A DNA stretch of 64,000 nucleotides from contig LSRY02000026.1 of assembly GCA_001643675.2 (NCBI GenBank), positions 620,001-684,000 of the forward strand, read 5' to 3'. Position numbers and translations under genes: made by a program. The DNA is from Monocercomonoides exilis PA203 (Eukaryota > Protista > Preaxostyla). The notes beneath the pieces are model-generated. The model saw nothing but the letters and a program-made list of their open reading frames with translations, was not told where the DNA came from and did not search any database. Shown here in pieces: positions 62,701-64,000 of this stretch (positions within the stretch are counted from its first letter, which is position 1; every line of letters begins with the position of its first letter).

Positions 62701-64000
62701 CTCGACAACTGCTTCTGTGGATGTTGATGCTCCTTCAGGAAAGATGAGCAAAGGCAGCAACAAGAAGGATAATAATAATAATAATTGCTTCACAGCTGGG
62801 TTTGCGAATGCAAATGATGGAATGAATGGCTCTTCTGAAAGAAGTGGAATTTCTCATGTTCATCAGCAGTTGATATCAGCATCAGTATCAGCGTCAGGCG
62901 ATGTGCCACATGGGAGTGAGTCGTTCTTCTCTTCACTGACGACATACCAGTCTTATCTGACACATGCCTTGTATGATGCAAGTGCACTTTCACAGGCATC
63001 ATCACTGGAATCGTTTTTGGAGTATATTGAGGCAGAAGAGCAGAAGGCTGGAGAAGGGAAGGGGAAGGGGAAAGGAAAGGAAGGGAAAGAAGAAGAAACA
63101 GAAACAGAGACTGATTCGGATTCAGATTCAGAAGAAGAAGATGAAAGAGAAGGAGAAAAAGAGGAAGGGGAGATGAATGGGTATATTTGTGACCTGAATG
63201 CGATGTCTGTGTATCCATCGCCTGCACGCATAACCCTCTTTGCCTTCTTTGCCTCTCTTCTGCATCTTCCACAGCTGCTCAAAGCAATCAATATCGAACA
63301 CAGCCAAGCAGCTTCATCAAACAACCTTGATGCTGACAAGGAAAGTGGAGAGAAAGATGATGTGCCTCGTCCTCTTAATGATGACACTCAACCAGATTCA
63401 ATTGCAAAACCAGCATCTTTTTCTTCTTCTTCAACCAGATCTCGTGTTTTGGATGAGATCTTTGCAATTCTTGTGCTTTCGATGGATCCTAAGCGTGTTA
63501 GCTCCTCATTCTCCTCGTTCTTCCCCTTCATATCAAACTCTTCCTCCTCTCCGCTTTCTTCACCGCTTGTTGCGTCTGTCGGGCAGCCGTTCCTGCTTCT
63601 ACCTCGTCTTCCTTCTCTTCCTCTCTCCATTCGTCCTCTTTCCCTCTTCTCGCGAGACTGCCGCTGCGTCAGCTGCTCAAAGCGGTGTGCGTCAGTCGGC
63701 ATCTGCCTCGTCTGCGGGCGCCTTCTGTGCTTGTCTGACCGCTGCTGCCACTCGATCGTCACTCGCTTTGTGGCTGGCGGGTACATTGCATCCTCAACTG
63801 CATCCACTGGCACGTCCTCTGGCTCTGCAAAGGGACTTTCTTCTTCTTCTTCTTCAAATGCACCTCTTTCGTCGCTGCAGACTGTGCTACCGCCTTCTGC
63901 TGCTCCTCCATCGAGTCCTGCACAGCCTTCATTTTCATCATCATCTTCTTCTTCTTCTATTTCTTCTTCTTCAGACACACAACATCCTTATGTCGGAGCA
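47800..64000 (+). CDS. Giant UBR1/UBR3-family RING E3 ubiquitin ligase (>5,300 aa, 3'-partial); exons 47800-47836, 47938-48104, 48170->64000
   Basis: One frame carries FSIHLPMHRLFA (~53100), AQLYSGMWRDNG (~53395), FLSLLVSLCVDR, winged-helix FVLKKEKWALVDPF, RING CCFCQ (56891) ... STCGHIMHSEC (60137) ... EFQCPFCGKLCNTLLP (60281), and C-terminal CVSC...ICLVCGRLLC...CC (63665). The ORF track lists no closed ORF in this frame, consistent with no stop. Confidence 0.9.
49550..49609 (+). repeat. (GAGAAA)10 coding hexamer repeat (EK)10
   Basis: Perfect repeat inside the UBR frame. A similar imperfect tract lies at ~45594-45665. Confidence 0.93.

Noticed and set aside
35066-63978. Numerous antisense and alternate-frame ORFs of 60-360 aa
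   Set aside because: Shadows of long TCT/GAA-rich coding frames, which are naturally poor in stop codons on the other strand.

Overview
Eukaryotic protist DNA, not prokaryotic: AT-rich intergenic DNA, short GT-AG introns with GTTTGT/GTATGT-type donors, and poly-Ser/poly-Glu proteins. The gene families resemble the oxymonad Monocercomonoides (inference). The left half (1-31.3 kb) is a repeat/accessory zone. It holds a decayed DIRS-type tyrosine-recombinase retrotransposon (gag, RT, RNase H, adenine-methylase-like domain, YR), a decayed Merlin/IS1595-like transposase, a second YR remnant, and two large broken surface-protein genes (a 3-module adhesin-like type I membrane protein and a ~3,100-codon beta-helix/TM/pseudokinase receptor). 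It also holds an ARM-like family pseudogene and a ~1 kb foldback palindrome with ~260 bp MITEs, one showing a TA target duplication. The right half (32-64 kb) is a compact core-gene block: Pho88/SND3-like, PHAF1 (UPF0183), a coiled-coil protein, a 2-TM protein, a Ser-rich tail-anchored protein and a p24/TMED cargo receptor. It ends in a giant UBR1-family E3 ligase (47800 to >64000, >5,300 codons) that is absent from the ORF track because it runs off the window. That ligase has no visible UBR-box, its RING-H2 is split by ~1,080 residues, and it has extra Cys clusters. No rRNA, tRNA or CRISPR array was seen. All calls are by-eye reading and motif recognition; no searches were run.
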